DNA from: Camelus ferus
Lineage: Eukaryota
Assembly (NCBI RefSeq): GCF_009834535.1
Contig: NC_045697.1
Location: 1,676,001-1,740,000 of the forward strand
DNA: 64,000 nt
Direction of reading: 5' to 3'
The notes beneath the pieces are model-generated. The model saw nothing but the letters and a program-made list of their open reading frames with translations, was not told the DNA's origin and ran no database searches. Of the stretch, positions 1 through 11,934 are shown one piece after another; the stretch's first letter is position 1, and each line of letters begins with the position of its first letter. Made by a program: the position numbers and the translations under genes.

Positions 1-1199
1 TGTCTCCCGAGCCCTGCCCCTGGCAGCCTGGAAGGCGAGTGCTGTCCCTGCTCACTGGGTGGCCTCAGTCCCCTCCTATGTGGGGGCAGATGGTCCCGAG
101 GGCGGCCCTGTCACTGTGCTGCTGGGGTGTCAGGGCGCTGTGAGCACTGGGCTCTTCCAGGCCCAGTTTTAACTGACAGAAGACGAGAGGGCTTAGTGGA
201 GGCTGGGCCTGGCAGGGTTCGAACCCAGGCCTCTGGCAGTTTCCCTGACAGCTCCCACAGGATGGCTCCGCGGGCACCCTCAGCAGCACAGGGAGGAGGC
301 CCCGCTCTGGATGAGACTGAGGCTTCCTGCCCGTGAGCTGACAGGAAGGTCGTGGGGGTCCCTGGGATGAATGGAGGGCGTCCCTGGGGCTCTGTGACGC
401 GGTGGGCACAGAGGGAGACAGCCAGGGAGGCTGAGCTGACCAGCTACGTGGGTGCCCCTTGACTTTCCTGGGAACCGGTGCAGCTGGAGCCTGTGAGCTG
501 GGCTGAAATTCCCTAAGAGCTATGTGGTCACCACAGCCCGTTGTTACCCTACTCTCAGCCACCATGTCCCCTTTTCTGCTCCAGCTGGGCCTGGCACTGG
601 GCATCTGGGCAGGTGCCAACCCAGCTCACCCTGTGGTGCAGGGTGGGGCCGGGGGGGCCGGAGGATGCTGGGGCATCAAGACAGGCTTGCCCTTTGACAG
701 TCTGTCCTCTGGAGAGGGGCTGCGGGTATCGGCGCCTGTCCCTGAGGCAGGTGAAGCTGGAGCACAACCAGGCCCTGCCACGACCCACCCTCCCCACCCA
801 AGATCAGTCAGTGGACACCTAAGAGCCCTCACTCTGCCCACAGAGGGACAGTGGCCAGGTGACACTGAGCCCCTCACAGGCCTGTGCCAACCTGCCCACT
901 GAGCTGACCTGAGTGGGGCTGTGGGCCACCCCAGCTCCTGCCTCCAGCCTCGTGCAGAGCCAGGAGGAGGGGTGGGCTCCATCAGTCCTCACGGCGCTGC
1001 CCCCTGGCACCCAGCTCCCAGCGCACACACCAGGTCTCCTTATAGGACTGGGGAGGGTGCGATATATTGGGCTCAACATTCTATACCTCCTTTGGGGCTG
1101 CCTGGGTGCCCTCTCTGTGCTGAGCCTGAGCTGGAGAGGATGCGGGACAGTGACGAAGGACCCCTAGAGGTCGGGGGGACGGTCTGAAAGAGGGGATGC

Positions 1200-1990
1200 T
1201 TGAGCTAACTCTTCTCCCACTTCTGGGTTGTTTGGTGCGCGTGTAGAGAAACAGGCTGGCTTCTGTGCGTTGATCAGGTACCTGCCGCTGGCTGAGCTTG
1301 TCTATTAGTTCCCACCATTCTTTAGTGGGTTCCTTGGAATTTTCTGTATACATCTAATCTGTGAGTAGTTTTACTTTTTCCTGCCAATCTGTCTAGCTTT
1401 CATGTCTTTTTCGGGCCTAAGCTTCCTGGCTAGAAGCCCTGTTACAAGTTTGAATAGAAGTGACAAGAGCAGACATCCTTGCCTTGTCCCTGACTTTAGG
1501 GGAAAGCTTTCCGTCACTCAGCACCGATCACGACGTTGACTCTGGCTCTTCGCAGACGCCTTTACCAGGCTGAGGAGGTCTCCTCCTGTTCCTGGTCTGC
1601 TGAGTGTTGTTCTCGTCCTGTAGGATTGTCAGATTTTGTCAAATGCTTTCTCTGCATCTATTGAGAGGATCGTATGGGTTTTGTTCTTTATTTGATTGAT
1701 ATGTTGTATTACACTCTTTGAATCTTGGAAGTTAAATCAACCTTGCATTCCTAGGATAATCCCACTCGGCATGGCGAAGAAGCCTTTTCACAGGGTGCTG
1801 GATTCAGTTTGCCAGTGTTGTTGGTGAAAAGCTTTGTCTGCATTCGCAAGGGATATGGGGCTGTAGTTTTCTTTTTTTGTGATGTTTTTGGTTTTGGTAT
1901 CAGGGTAATGCTGACCTCTTAGAATGAGTGCCTTCCTGTTCTGTTTTTGGAAGAGTTCGTGAAGGACTGGTGTTCATTTGAACTGATTCT
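1200..1990 (-). mobile_element. Old LINE-1 ORF2 fragment
   Basis: T-rich island in GC-rich DNA with typical antisense L1 motifs (gaatagaagtg...gacatccttgccttgtccctgactttaggggaaagctttc; aaatgctttctctgcatctattgag; tttggtatcagggtaatgctg). Confidence 0.85.
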
Positions 1991-2799
1991 TGAGGGTTAA
2001 GGTAGTTCATTTGCAACTACAGGCAGTGGAAACAGTGTGGCCAGAGGTCTGCGGGTGGGAGCTTGGCAGATTTGAGTAAGGAGAGCCATGGGGTCTGGCT
2101 GGTGCAGGCACACAGGAGGCAGAGAAAGGTCCACAGGGGCTGGATACCGAAGAGCCAGCTGGACACAAGCAGGTCCTGGAGAGTCAAAACAGAGCAGTGA
2201 TGGGAACAGCATGTATGTTGGAGAGTGGGCTGAGGGGAACGTGGTGGAGGAAAGAGATTGAGGAGAGGAAGTGGTGGGGGCTGCCCGGAGGTGGTGGAGA
2301 GGGGTCAGGCAGGGTGGCTGGGAGAAGGGGAGGTGGCCTAGAGGGCTGGGTATGCTGCAGGGGGAGGGACTGGCAAGAGCGCTGGAAACAGGCACAGGGG
2401 CAGGACAGAGCCTCAGTGTCTGGAGGCTGCAGTGAGAGGCCAGAGAGCTGGCCTGAGGTGGAGGCCAGGAAACCAGGGAGGGGCACCCAGTATAGACATC
2501 TAGGTGGGGGCCCAGCCCAGGGTGTTAGCTACCCTCTGCCGCAGGTGGCCCATCTTGGTGGCAGCCTGTATGCAGGTGGAAGGTAGAGGAGCAAAACGCC
2601 TGGGAGGCGAGCAAGGGCCTTCACCAGCCTTTAGCCAGCCTCGGAGTCTCTTGGGAGAGATGCCCACATATTTCCAAGCAGGTGGGAGCTGCCAAGGACC
2701 AGACCCTTGACGCCTGCAGGGAATCCAGGGCAGAGGCCCACAGGGTCTGATAGGCCAAGCATCCTGCCCAGGACGGGGACAGAGAAACCGCAGACCCGC

Positions 2800-3650
2800 G
2801 TGGGAGCCTGAGAGCTTGCGGCCCGGTGGGGGACTCCGCCGCCCAGACCAGCTTCAACCCCACCACAGCCGCGGGAGGCCGGGCGGCCCTCACCCCCATT
2901 GGCTCAGGGAGGAGAAGGCACTTTCCCAGGGGCTGGGCCAGCCAGGAGCCGGGTGGGACTGGGGCCTGGGCGCCGGAGCCTTGCAACCGCGGGGCACGGG
3001 CAGTGTTGGGGCTGTGAAGGAGCGGTGCCCCGTTTGCATCAGTGGCTTCCTGCCCCAGGGCTGCACCTCAGACGCCGGCCCCGCGGCCGCGTCCTCAGTG
3101 CGGCGGACCTGGAAACTGAGGCCCCGCGGGGGGGACGGGGCGGGGCGGCCGGCTCACCTGCGTCCGGCCCGCCCGAGAGGGGCGGAGCCGGCGGCCGGGT
3201 GGGGGCGGGGGGCGGCGGAGCCGGGGGCGCGGCGGCATGGCGGGCGCGGGGCTGCGGCCGCGGGGCTGGGGCCGGCGGGAGGCGGGCGCCGGGGACGAGG
3301 CGGCGGCCGGGGTGCGCGGCCCGGGGCCGTGTCGGTGCGCGCAGGGGAGGCGGGCGCGGGCCGCCCCCCGGAACCCAGCCGTGCCCGCCGCGTGGACGCC
3401 GTGAGTACCGAGCCGGACCGAGCCGGCGCTTCCAGGGAGAACAAAGGCGGGCGTGGGCCCGCCTGGGTTGGACCTGGGGGCTCCGGGCGGGGCACCGGCC
3501 TGTCCGTCTGCCAGGACCTCCCGTGGGTGGGCGTGGGCGCGGAGCCCCCTCCTCCCTCTACTCTGTCCCGCGCCCGCTGGCCTGGAGCGGGAGTGGCCAG
3601 GCATAGGGCCGGCGCGCCTTGTTGGAGTCTCCACTGTTGGTGGGGGCGCG
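2800..3650. promoter_or_regulatory. SH3BP2: CpG island / promoter of SH3BP2 (proximal promoter)
   Basis: Very dense CpG and GC boxes (ggggcgggg) around 3130-3230; surrounds a coding first exon with a GTGAGT donor at 3401. Boundaries estimated by eye. Confidence 0.85.
3237..3400 (+). CDS. SH3BP2: SH3BP2 alternative first coding exon (long-isoform N-terminal extension MAGAGLRPRGWGRREAGAGDEAAAGVRGPGPCRCAQGRR...PAAWTP)
   Basis: ATG in strong Kozak context (ggcATGg) at 3237; 164 nt open to donor CC|gtgagt; splices in frame to the acceptor at 5119 giving ...WTPFMAAEEM; resembles the human long-isoform N-terminus as I recall it. Confidence 0.8.
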
Positions 3651-3772
3651 GGCCAGAGGGGTTGGCTTTGGGTGCAGGTGGGGCTGGAGGGACCCAGGAG
3701 CGGTCTCCTCCCAGGAGGCAGGAGGCGGTGAACATTTAATGGAGTCTGCCGGCTTGCTAAGAGCAGAGTGGT

Positions 3773-3776
<4 letters not shown>

Positions 3777-3812
<36 letters not shown>
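3777..3812. repeat. (TG)18 microsatellite
   Basis: Directly visible perfect dinucleotide run. Confidence 0.97.
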
Positions 3813-3815
<3 letters not shown>

Positions 3816-4240
3816 AGGAATGGGGCCTGTAGTGGCAGGAGTTCCAGCAACACTGGGCCCCTGGTTCTGACCCTAACTGCTCCCTTAGGGTCTCAACAGT
3901 AGACTGACCCTACACCTGCTCTTCCAACTGCACTGGGAGCCCAGGAGGGACCAGGCCCCAGGTTGGGGGTGGCGGGAGGTACGGATAAAACAGTGCAGGG
4001 TGTGAGGGGCGCTGTTCAGAGGGACCAGGGGTGAGAGAGACCCCAAACTGAGATGCCTCACAGAAGAGGGCCTCAATCTGAGTCTTGAAGAATGGGTAGG
4101 AGCCCTCCGTGTGAGCGGGGTAGCAGTCATTCCAGGCAGAGCCCGGCAGTGTGAAGCTGAAACAGCCTGGCGGGTTTCGGGGAAAGCAGCTGGAACACGA
4201 GTAAGAGACTCTGGGACCTGGACTGTACGGTCCCGTGGGT

Positions 4241-4552
4241 CTGGGTTAACCCCCAGGCAGGATGCACTGTATGGTGCCTGCCCAAGTGATGCCCCAGGCT
4301 GACGGGGAGACCGGGTAGATTCGGCCACCCCACCAAATGGTTGTCATGGCCACTGTTAGCAAGGTGTGCTGCCCACCAGGCCAGATCAGCTCTGTCCTGG
4401 ATGTGACAACTCTAGCAGCTGAGGCCCAGAGATTTCCCAGAAAGGGAGTCGGGATGGGAACTGCAGACCCTTGGCTGCCTGCTTCCTGCTTTCTGGCCTC
4501 GGGGACTTAAGAAAGGGATGGGCAGGAGTTGGTTAAGTGCAGGCAGGAGTGG
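4241..4552 (+). repeat. Local direct repeat, copy 1 (~300 bp; partner 5573-5871)
   Basis: Colinear alignment by eye, e.g. gtgatgccccaggctga, gtgtgctgcccaccaggc, gaggcccagagatttcccagaaagggagtc, ttggctgcctgcttcctgct, taagaaagggatgg. Confidence 0.92.
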
Positions 4553-5089
4553 AGGGTGGGGCATCTGGGGCATCAGAGCTGTTGGAGAGGGTGCCCAGGG
4601 GCTGCCCTCGTCCCTGTACCGCTTTAACTTTTCCCTTCTGGTTGTGACCCCAGTCACCTCCTCCTGGAAGCCCTCCCTGACTTCCCATCTAAGGCAGTCC
4701 CCATTATATACTCACTTGGCACTCAGACTTGGAGTGGTTATGGCTTAAGGCCTGACTTACCTGGACCAGAGGTTTCCTGAGTTCATGCTCTGCTGTACCC
4801 TAGCCCCTGGTTTAGTAGGTGTGTGGTGAATAAGCCAATGACAGTGAAGGAACACACTTGGCTCTTAGGGTCCCTGGAGATCAAGTGTGTGGCTGAAAGG
4901 ACCTAGGGCTGATGGAGTGGACCAAGTGGCCTTTTCTCTCCCTGGGTCCCACCTGGTTGCCTGGGTCTTCAGAAAAGGGGTTTACTCACCTCTTGCTGCC
5001 TTGAATCTTCATGCTGTCTCCAGGGGCTTGGCAGTGTCCTTCCTGCATGCCCCCAGCTAAGCTATCTTCTGTCTCCCACCCCTGGCTGA

Positions 5090-5284
<195 letters not shown>

Positions 5285-5572
5285 TAAGGAGGGGACGTGG
5301 GGACACGGCTGAGCCCTGGCCCTGCTGCCCCGTTTCCTCACTGGACCAACTGGGCCAAGCAGCCTGCTTTTGCTTAGCATCTGCTGCCTTACCTGGTGGG
5401 CCCACGCTAGTATCCCTTCTTTCCCTGGTGCTGGCACCCCTGGCCTCCCCGGCCCCCAGGACTGGGTGGAAATAAGATGGGCATTTGGTGCACAGTGCTG
5501 ACCAGCTGGCCAAGGGAGCTTCAGCCTGCGGCCAGGGGCTGGGGGCCCTTGTTGGCCTGGTAGGTCTGGCCC

Positions 5573-5871
5573 CTGGGTTAACCACTTTCTGGTGCCTGCC
5601 CGAGTGATGCCCCAGGCTGATGGGGAGACAAGGTAGATCCCAGCCACCCACGAAACAGTTGTCATGACCACTGATAATGAGGGTGTGCTGCCCACCAGGC
5701 TAGAACAGCTCTGTCCTGCATGTGACAGCTCTAGCAGCGGAGGCCCAGAGATTTCCCAGAAAGGGAGTCAGGATGGGAACTACAGACTCTTGGCTGCCTG
5801 CTTCCTGCTTCCTGGTCTCAGGGCTTTAAGAAAGGGATGGACAGAAGCTGGCTAAGGGCAGGCGGGAGTGG
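5573..5871 (+). repeat. Local direct repeat, copy 2 (partner 4241-4552)
   Basis: Same blocks, same order and orientation as copy 1. Confidence 0.92.
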
Positions 5872-6153
5872 GGAACAGGGTGCCCTCACCTTATCGAGAG
5901 GGTGTTCAGTGAGTCAGGCAGTCACTCTGTCTGCAGCGAGCCAGCTTTAGTCCAGGGGCCCTGTGGTGACTCCACACAGCCCTCAACTCTACCCCTGCCC
6001 TGGAGCGGCCAGCACGCCCATGAGCTTGTCCGCATCTGGCCCCATGGTAGACCCCAGGGTGGGGGCGGCAGGCCAGCCCAGTTCCCTGCCTTCCATTCAG
6101 TGGTGTTCAAAGGCAGGCGTCCTGGCCTGGTGTTCCCAGGGCCCTGAGCGTAG

Positions 6154-6324
<171 letters not shown>

Positions 6325-7443
6325 TAAGTGTCCCCATGCCCACTGACCCCGGGCCCCACGGTCAGCTGCTCCACCCTGGTTCCCGTTCAAGGCAGGTCCC
6401 AGCTTTCCTGAGATGGCCCCACCCTCACCCCTTTGGACCACGTCCAGCCTCTTCCACCCCCGTCCTGGCCTCAGGGCAGCCTCGTCTTCTCCCTGAGTCG
6501 ACCTGCCGTCTAACCTGAGTGCTTTGCCGAGGGCCTGAGGGCAAGGCTGAGGCTTTCTGACTCACGGTTGGGACAGCCTGCTCTCCAGGGTCCCCATTCA
6601 GTCATTGCCCAATGACTTCTGTGTCCCTCCTTCCTCCCCACCTTGCCCCCTCACCCATCACTGCCTCCTTCTGAATGGCCAAGAGCCCAGTCCACTCCCG
6701 GCCCTGCCCCAGGCTCCCTTGTCCCCGCTAAGGACTGGGCCCATGAGTCAGGCCATGATCTGACCTTGGGGGGCTCTGGGACTAATGGGCAGGTGGGCAC
6801 TCCCCTCCACACACGCCGTGAGTTTGGGGTGGGGTGGGGTGGGGCATACTAGCCTGTGTGTGCCCACCCACACACACACACGCACAGCAGGGGTCAAGGG
6901 TGATTCCTGGCTCTAGGTCTTGATGTCATACCACTCAGGCCCTGCACCTGAGGGCATTGGTCTGTGTCTCTTGCCCTCCCAGGAGGGCCCGGCCACTCCT
7001 TCCTATGAGAACCCAGGGTCCGTGGTGTCAGTGGCAGGACTGAGACCCTTTGGGAGTGGCTGTAGACCCTGGCCTGCACCCAAGCTCTTGGCCCAGTGCA
7101 AGACCCCCAGGCAGAGGAGGGGGGAGGCTCCAAGCTCCTGTGGTTGTCAGTTGGTGGGTTAGAGCTCTGGGGGCCCCTGGAAAGGGACATTTCCTTTCCG
7201 TCGACACTCCACCTTCGACCTGATAGGGGAGCACTCTTGCCCCAGGGGATGGTCCAGGCCCTCTGATGGGTCATATGGGCATACCTGCCCCAGGTGCCCA
7301 GACTGGCAGTACCCCCACCCCACGGTAGACATTGTGATCTCTGTGCGAACCTCATGTCCCGGCTGTGGGAGCGGCCACAGTGAATCACTTGCTAGAAATG
7401 CTCTCAGACACCTGCCAGGCATCAGGGGTGGGGCGGAGGCTGA

Positions 7444-7905
<462 letters not shown>

Positions 7906-8207
7906 TAACAGGGCCCTGGCCCGGCCCTGAGGGATGTGGCTGGGGCATGGGGTGCTGGGCGGGTGCTGCCCTCGGTCCTCCATCCTCGTGCCCGGAGCCA
8001 GCACCCTCACCCTGAGAACTCGCTGGCTCAGGGGGAAGCCTTGGATGGGCTGACGGGGCTGTAGCCCCAAGAGGGCCAACCAGGGCTGTCTCCCCGAAAC
8101 CCTGTGGTGGGTGCAGACTAGCCGGTGCAGGGACGGGAGGTTAGGAGAGGCGAGGGAAGGGCTCTGCCCTGGCAGCAGCGCCCACTGAGGCCCTGACTGA
8201 CCCACAG

Positions 8208-8278
8208 AGCTGGATGGCCTTGCTGCGCAGGGAGATCGGCCACTTCCATGAGAAGAAGGAGCTGCCTCTGGAGGCCAG
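8208..8278 (+). CDS. SH3BP2: SH3BP2 exon 5 ([23 protein letters not shown]), PH C-terminal helix
   Basis: cag acceptor preceded by ctgac branch-like motifs, gtgggc donor; 71 nt, in phase. Confidence 0.95.
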
Positions 8279-9036
8279 GTGGGCCTGGGGCGTGACGGCG
8301 GGCAGGGTGTCACTGGGGTCCCTTGACCTTGACATGTGTGCCGTCCTCCTCACCCGTGGGGCTGGGCCCCGAATCCCCTCCTCCGAGGCTTTTCTGAAGG
8401 TGCCGCCTGGGCCACGTGTGTGGGGTGTGCACCTGCATGTGTGTGCCCGAGCGTGTGAGCATGTGTGCACACACCCCCATCAGTGGTTCTTGTTGAAGGG
8501 GCTACAGGTGCTTCTACCTGCCCTTTCAGGAGGCCCGGAGTCTGTAGTAGCTCAGACCTTTGGGTTCTCAGGCCTCTGACGCCCACTCTGGCTCACGAGG
8601 GAGTGAGACCAGAGTGAGTCCCCTCTGCGGTGGCTCAGCAAGCAGCAGGGGCTCTGGGTGCGCACAGCGTCCATCCTGCCCTGGAGATGAGGACACTGAG
8701 GCCCAGAGAGGGCTGGCACACCGAGGCTGCCCCGCAAGCCCTGCCAGAGCCCTGTGGGCACCCTCTGGGCAGTCAGGGCACCCTTGTGGCTAGAACCACA
8801 GTGGAGTTGAGGGAGGCGCCACAGCCCTCACGTCTGTCCTTGTGTGTTTATCTTTACACGTCCATGTGTCTCTGCGTGTGTCTTTGTGAGTCCTGTGCAT
8901 CTGTCCACATCTGCGTGTCTGTGTCTGTGTGCACATGCCTGGGTCTGCATGTCTGTGTGTGTCATGCGTGTCCGTGCATGTGGGTGCCAGAGGCCCCCCG
9001 CCTGGCGCTCACCGCCCTGCCCTCCCCTGCACTCAG

Positions 9037-9125
9037 TGACTCCAGCTCGGACACAGACAGCTTCTACGGAGCGGTTGAGCGGCCCGTAGACATCAGCTTC
9101 TCTGCGTGCCCCGTGGACAGTGAGG
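9037..9125 (+). CDS. SH3BP2: SH3BP2 exon 6 (SDSSSDTDSFYGAVERPVDISFSACPVDSE)
   Basis: ctcag acceptor, gtgagg donor; 89 nt, in phase. Confidence 0.94.
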
Positions 9126-9380
9126 GTGAGGCGCATCCCCACGTCCACAGCCCCACCACCTCTCCAGCCTGGCCACTGGCAGGGGCTGGGCCAGGTCCTC
9201 CTCTCAGGCTGCTGCCCAGGAGGGAGGCATGTTTGGCTTCCTCCCTGCTCTGTCCCTTTGGCCCCCCCAGGCAGCCTGGGTCTCGGGTCCCATCCTTGTC
9301 CTGAGGACCCCGCCCTGCCAGCCTGCCCTGGTGCTGCTGGCCTGGGCCGCCCTGGCTCTGACCCTCTGTCTGCCCCTCAG

Positions 9381-9449
9381 ACTACGAGCATGACGATGAG
9401 GACGACTCGTACATGGAGCCCGACTCGCCCGAGCCCGGGAGGCCTGAGG
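9381..9449 (+). CDS. SH3BP2: SH3BP2 exon 7 (DYEHDDEDDSYMEPDSPEPGRPE; contains Tyr174 and Tyr183)
   Basis: cctcag acceptor, gtaggc donor; 69 nt. Codon counting from ATG 5123 places the tyrosines at 174 and 183, the known phosphosites. Confidence 0.95.
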
Positions 9450-11276
9450 GTAGGCGGGGCCAGCTGGGGGCTGGGGAGGCCTCGGGGCGAACGAAGAGCA
9501 GGGCCTGGGGCCTGGGGCCTGGGCCCCTTCCAGGCTGGGGGACTGGGGACTGCTCTGGGTGGCCTCAGGCCCGACAGGCTCCACCCCAGGCCTCAGTTTC
9601 CCTACTGTGGCCCGAGTATTAGGAGGAACAGAGCAGAAGAGGCTCGACACCCTTACTGGTCCTGCTCACCTGCTCCTCCTGCCTCCTGCAGTTAGCCGGG
9701 GTGGTAGGGGGCGGCGCACTTGGGATGCTGGGCTGAGAATTAGGGAAGGAGGGACAGCTCTCTCAGCACTTCCGCAAGCCAGAGGGTCACACGCTGCCCC
9801 ACCCCCGCCCCCACCTCCCAAAGCACACAGCCCAGCGAGGGAGGCAGGCTTGTACCGGCCTTTAACTTACTCACATACCACAGTGGAGCACCGGACCGGT
9901 GTGGGAGGGCTGTGCCTCTGTCCTGCCCTCTGTCCGTCACTCCCTACCCCTGCCGTTTGTCCTCTGTCTCCGTCTCTCCCCTCTTTGCCTACTGTCCCAT
10001 CACTCACCCTGTACCCCCGGTTCTCCTCCCCTAGCCCCAGCCCCTCTCATTCGTGTTCATTTCAGTATTTCTGGGACAGTTTCTCCACCTTCAGCCTCCC
10101 TGTGCCTTGGCCTCTATTCCAATGACCTTGTCTTCTTCCTGCCTCAACCCCCTTGTGTCCTCTTCTTAGCTCCACCTCCCCTCAAGTGCACCCAGGTCCA
10201 GCCCCCTTCCCTGCTACCAGCTCCCTCCCTCTGAGGTCTGGCTGCCACAGGCCTCCAGCCCACCAGGACCTGCGGGCCAGCACAGAGCCCACATCTCTCC
10301 CCAAGGCTGTGTTCTTTGCACCCGCACTCAAATGCTCCACCCTCTCCTGTCTCTGGCCTTGTGACACCAGCCCTGGGGAAGCCCCCGGCTCCGTCCGCCC
10401 TGCCCCCGCTGGAGGAGGCGCACAGGGCCTCGCTGCACATTCTCCCCCTGGCCCTCCGGGGGCCCAGCACTTTGCACACCTGCCGGCACTGTCTGGCCAC
10501 TCAGGCTCCCCCTCTCAGAACATCTCTCGTCAGGGTTCCCACTGCAGGGTGGGAACCCTGGGTGGCACTTGGCCCAGTGCCCCCTCCCTGTCCCCACCTG
10601 CCCTGCCAGCACCAGGCATCTCATGCTCCAGGCCCCCTCCCACCTCCACCAGCCCTGCTCCTCCCGCACACCAGGCGACTGGAGGGCCACCCGGGTTCAG
10701 GCCTCTCCCACCTTTCTCCTGTCACAGCCGGGGCCACAGCCAGCATAGTCAGTGGGCTGCTGACGTGGTGGACATGTGCAGCCAGGCCCTCTCTCTGTGC
10801 TCTGGGCGTGTGCCCCGATACTTCCCTTGGTGTCCCATAGATGTCTCACAACATCTTAAACTTGTCATGAACACAACCCTTGTTTTCCTCCTAGCCTGCG
10901 CCCACCCTTCCTCGTCTCTGTGGGAATTCCAGCCTCCCACAGCTGAGGCCCCATCCTCAGAGGCCTCCTTGCCTCCTCTCTGCCTCTTGCTTTCCTCTCC
11001 AGGAACTTAATGGCTCCTGATGTGACATCTGGGCTTCAGGGAATTTGCACAGGCTGCTGTGTGGAGGAGGAAGGGGTGGGCTGGTAGCGTGGGCTGGGCC
11101 AGGACCCCAGGAGGAAGGCTGCATCAGGAGTGCTGGGCGTCGGGGCTGTAGGGTGGCCAGGCTGTGAGGGGCGCACACCTGCTTGGCCCCCTGCCATCCA
11201 TTACTGGTGGAGGTGGCTCTGGTCCAGCCTCCAGCAGGCAACGTTTGCTCACCAGATGGGTCTCTTTGCTCTGCAG

Positions 11277-11934
11277 ACGCCCTGATCCACCCGCCGGCCT
11301 ACCCCCCACCTCCTGTGCCCACGCCCAGGAAGCCAGTCTTCTCTGATGTGCCTCGCACACACTCCTTTACCTCCAAGGGTCCAGGCCCCCTGCTGCCACC
11401 CCCGCCCCCTAAGCGCAGCCTCCCTGATGCTGGCTCAGCCACTGAGGACTCCAAGAGGGACCTGCTGGGATTGAAGCGGATTGAGCCCAGCCCCAGGGTA
11501 CCCACTGCCTCCCGGAGGATGAGCGACCCCCCGCTGGGCAGCCCGCCCACCATGCCCGGCCTCCGGAAACCACCTTGCTTCCCTGAGAACACCTTCCATG
11601 AGAATACCAGCCCCAGCCTGGAGCCCCGGATCCCCAGCCACGGGGTCAGCTCTGCCAGCACGGCCACTGCCGTCTCCAGGAACTGTGACAAGCTCAAGTC
11701 CTTCCATCTGTCCTCTCGGGGGCCACCCATGCCTGAGCCTCCTCCCTTACCAGCCAACAAGCCCAAGTTCCTAAAGATGGCAGAGGAGGTCCCGCCAAGG
11801 GAGGCAGCCCGGCCCGGACTCTTTGGGCCCCCTGTGGCCCCCAAGCCGCCTGCACTGAAGCTACCCATGCCTGAGGCCACAGCCCGGCCTGCAGTCCTAC
11901 CCAGGCCAGACAAGCCGCCCCTCCCCCAGCTCCA
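11277..11934 (+). CDS. SH3BP2: SH3BP2 exon 8 (proline-rich region: [12 protein letters not shown]3-binding motif, RTHSF and RRMSDP 14-3-3-type sites)
   Basis: ctgcag acceptor, gtgagt donor; 658 nt open (within ORF 11183..11938), in phase. Confidence 0.96.

Noticed and set aside
2816..3853. Several 190-307 aa ORFs on both strands over the SH3BP2 CpG island
   Set aside because: GC-rich artefacts; the only supported coding segment is 3237-3400, in a frame not listed in the track.
10153..11010. 285-aa plus-strand ORF in intron 7
   Set aside because: Pyrimidine/C-rich intronic sequence with L2-like pieces near 10830-10900; no homology recognised and not needed for the SH3BP2 frame.
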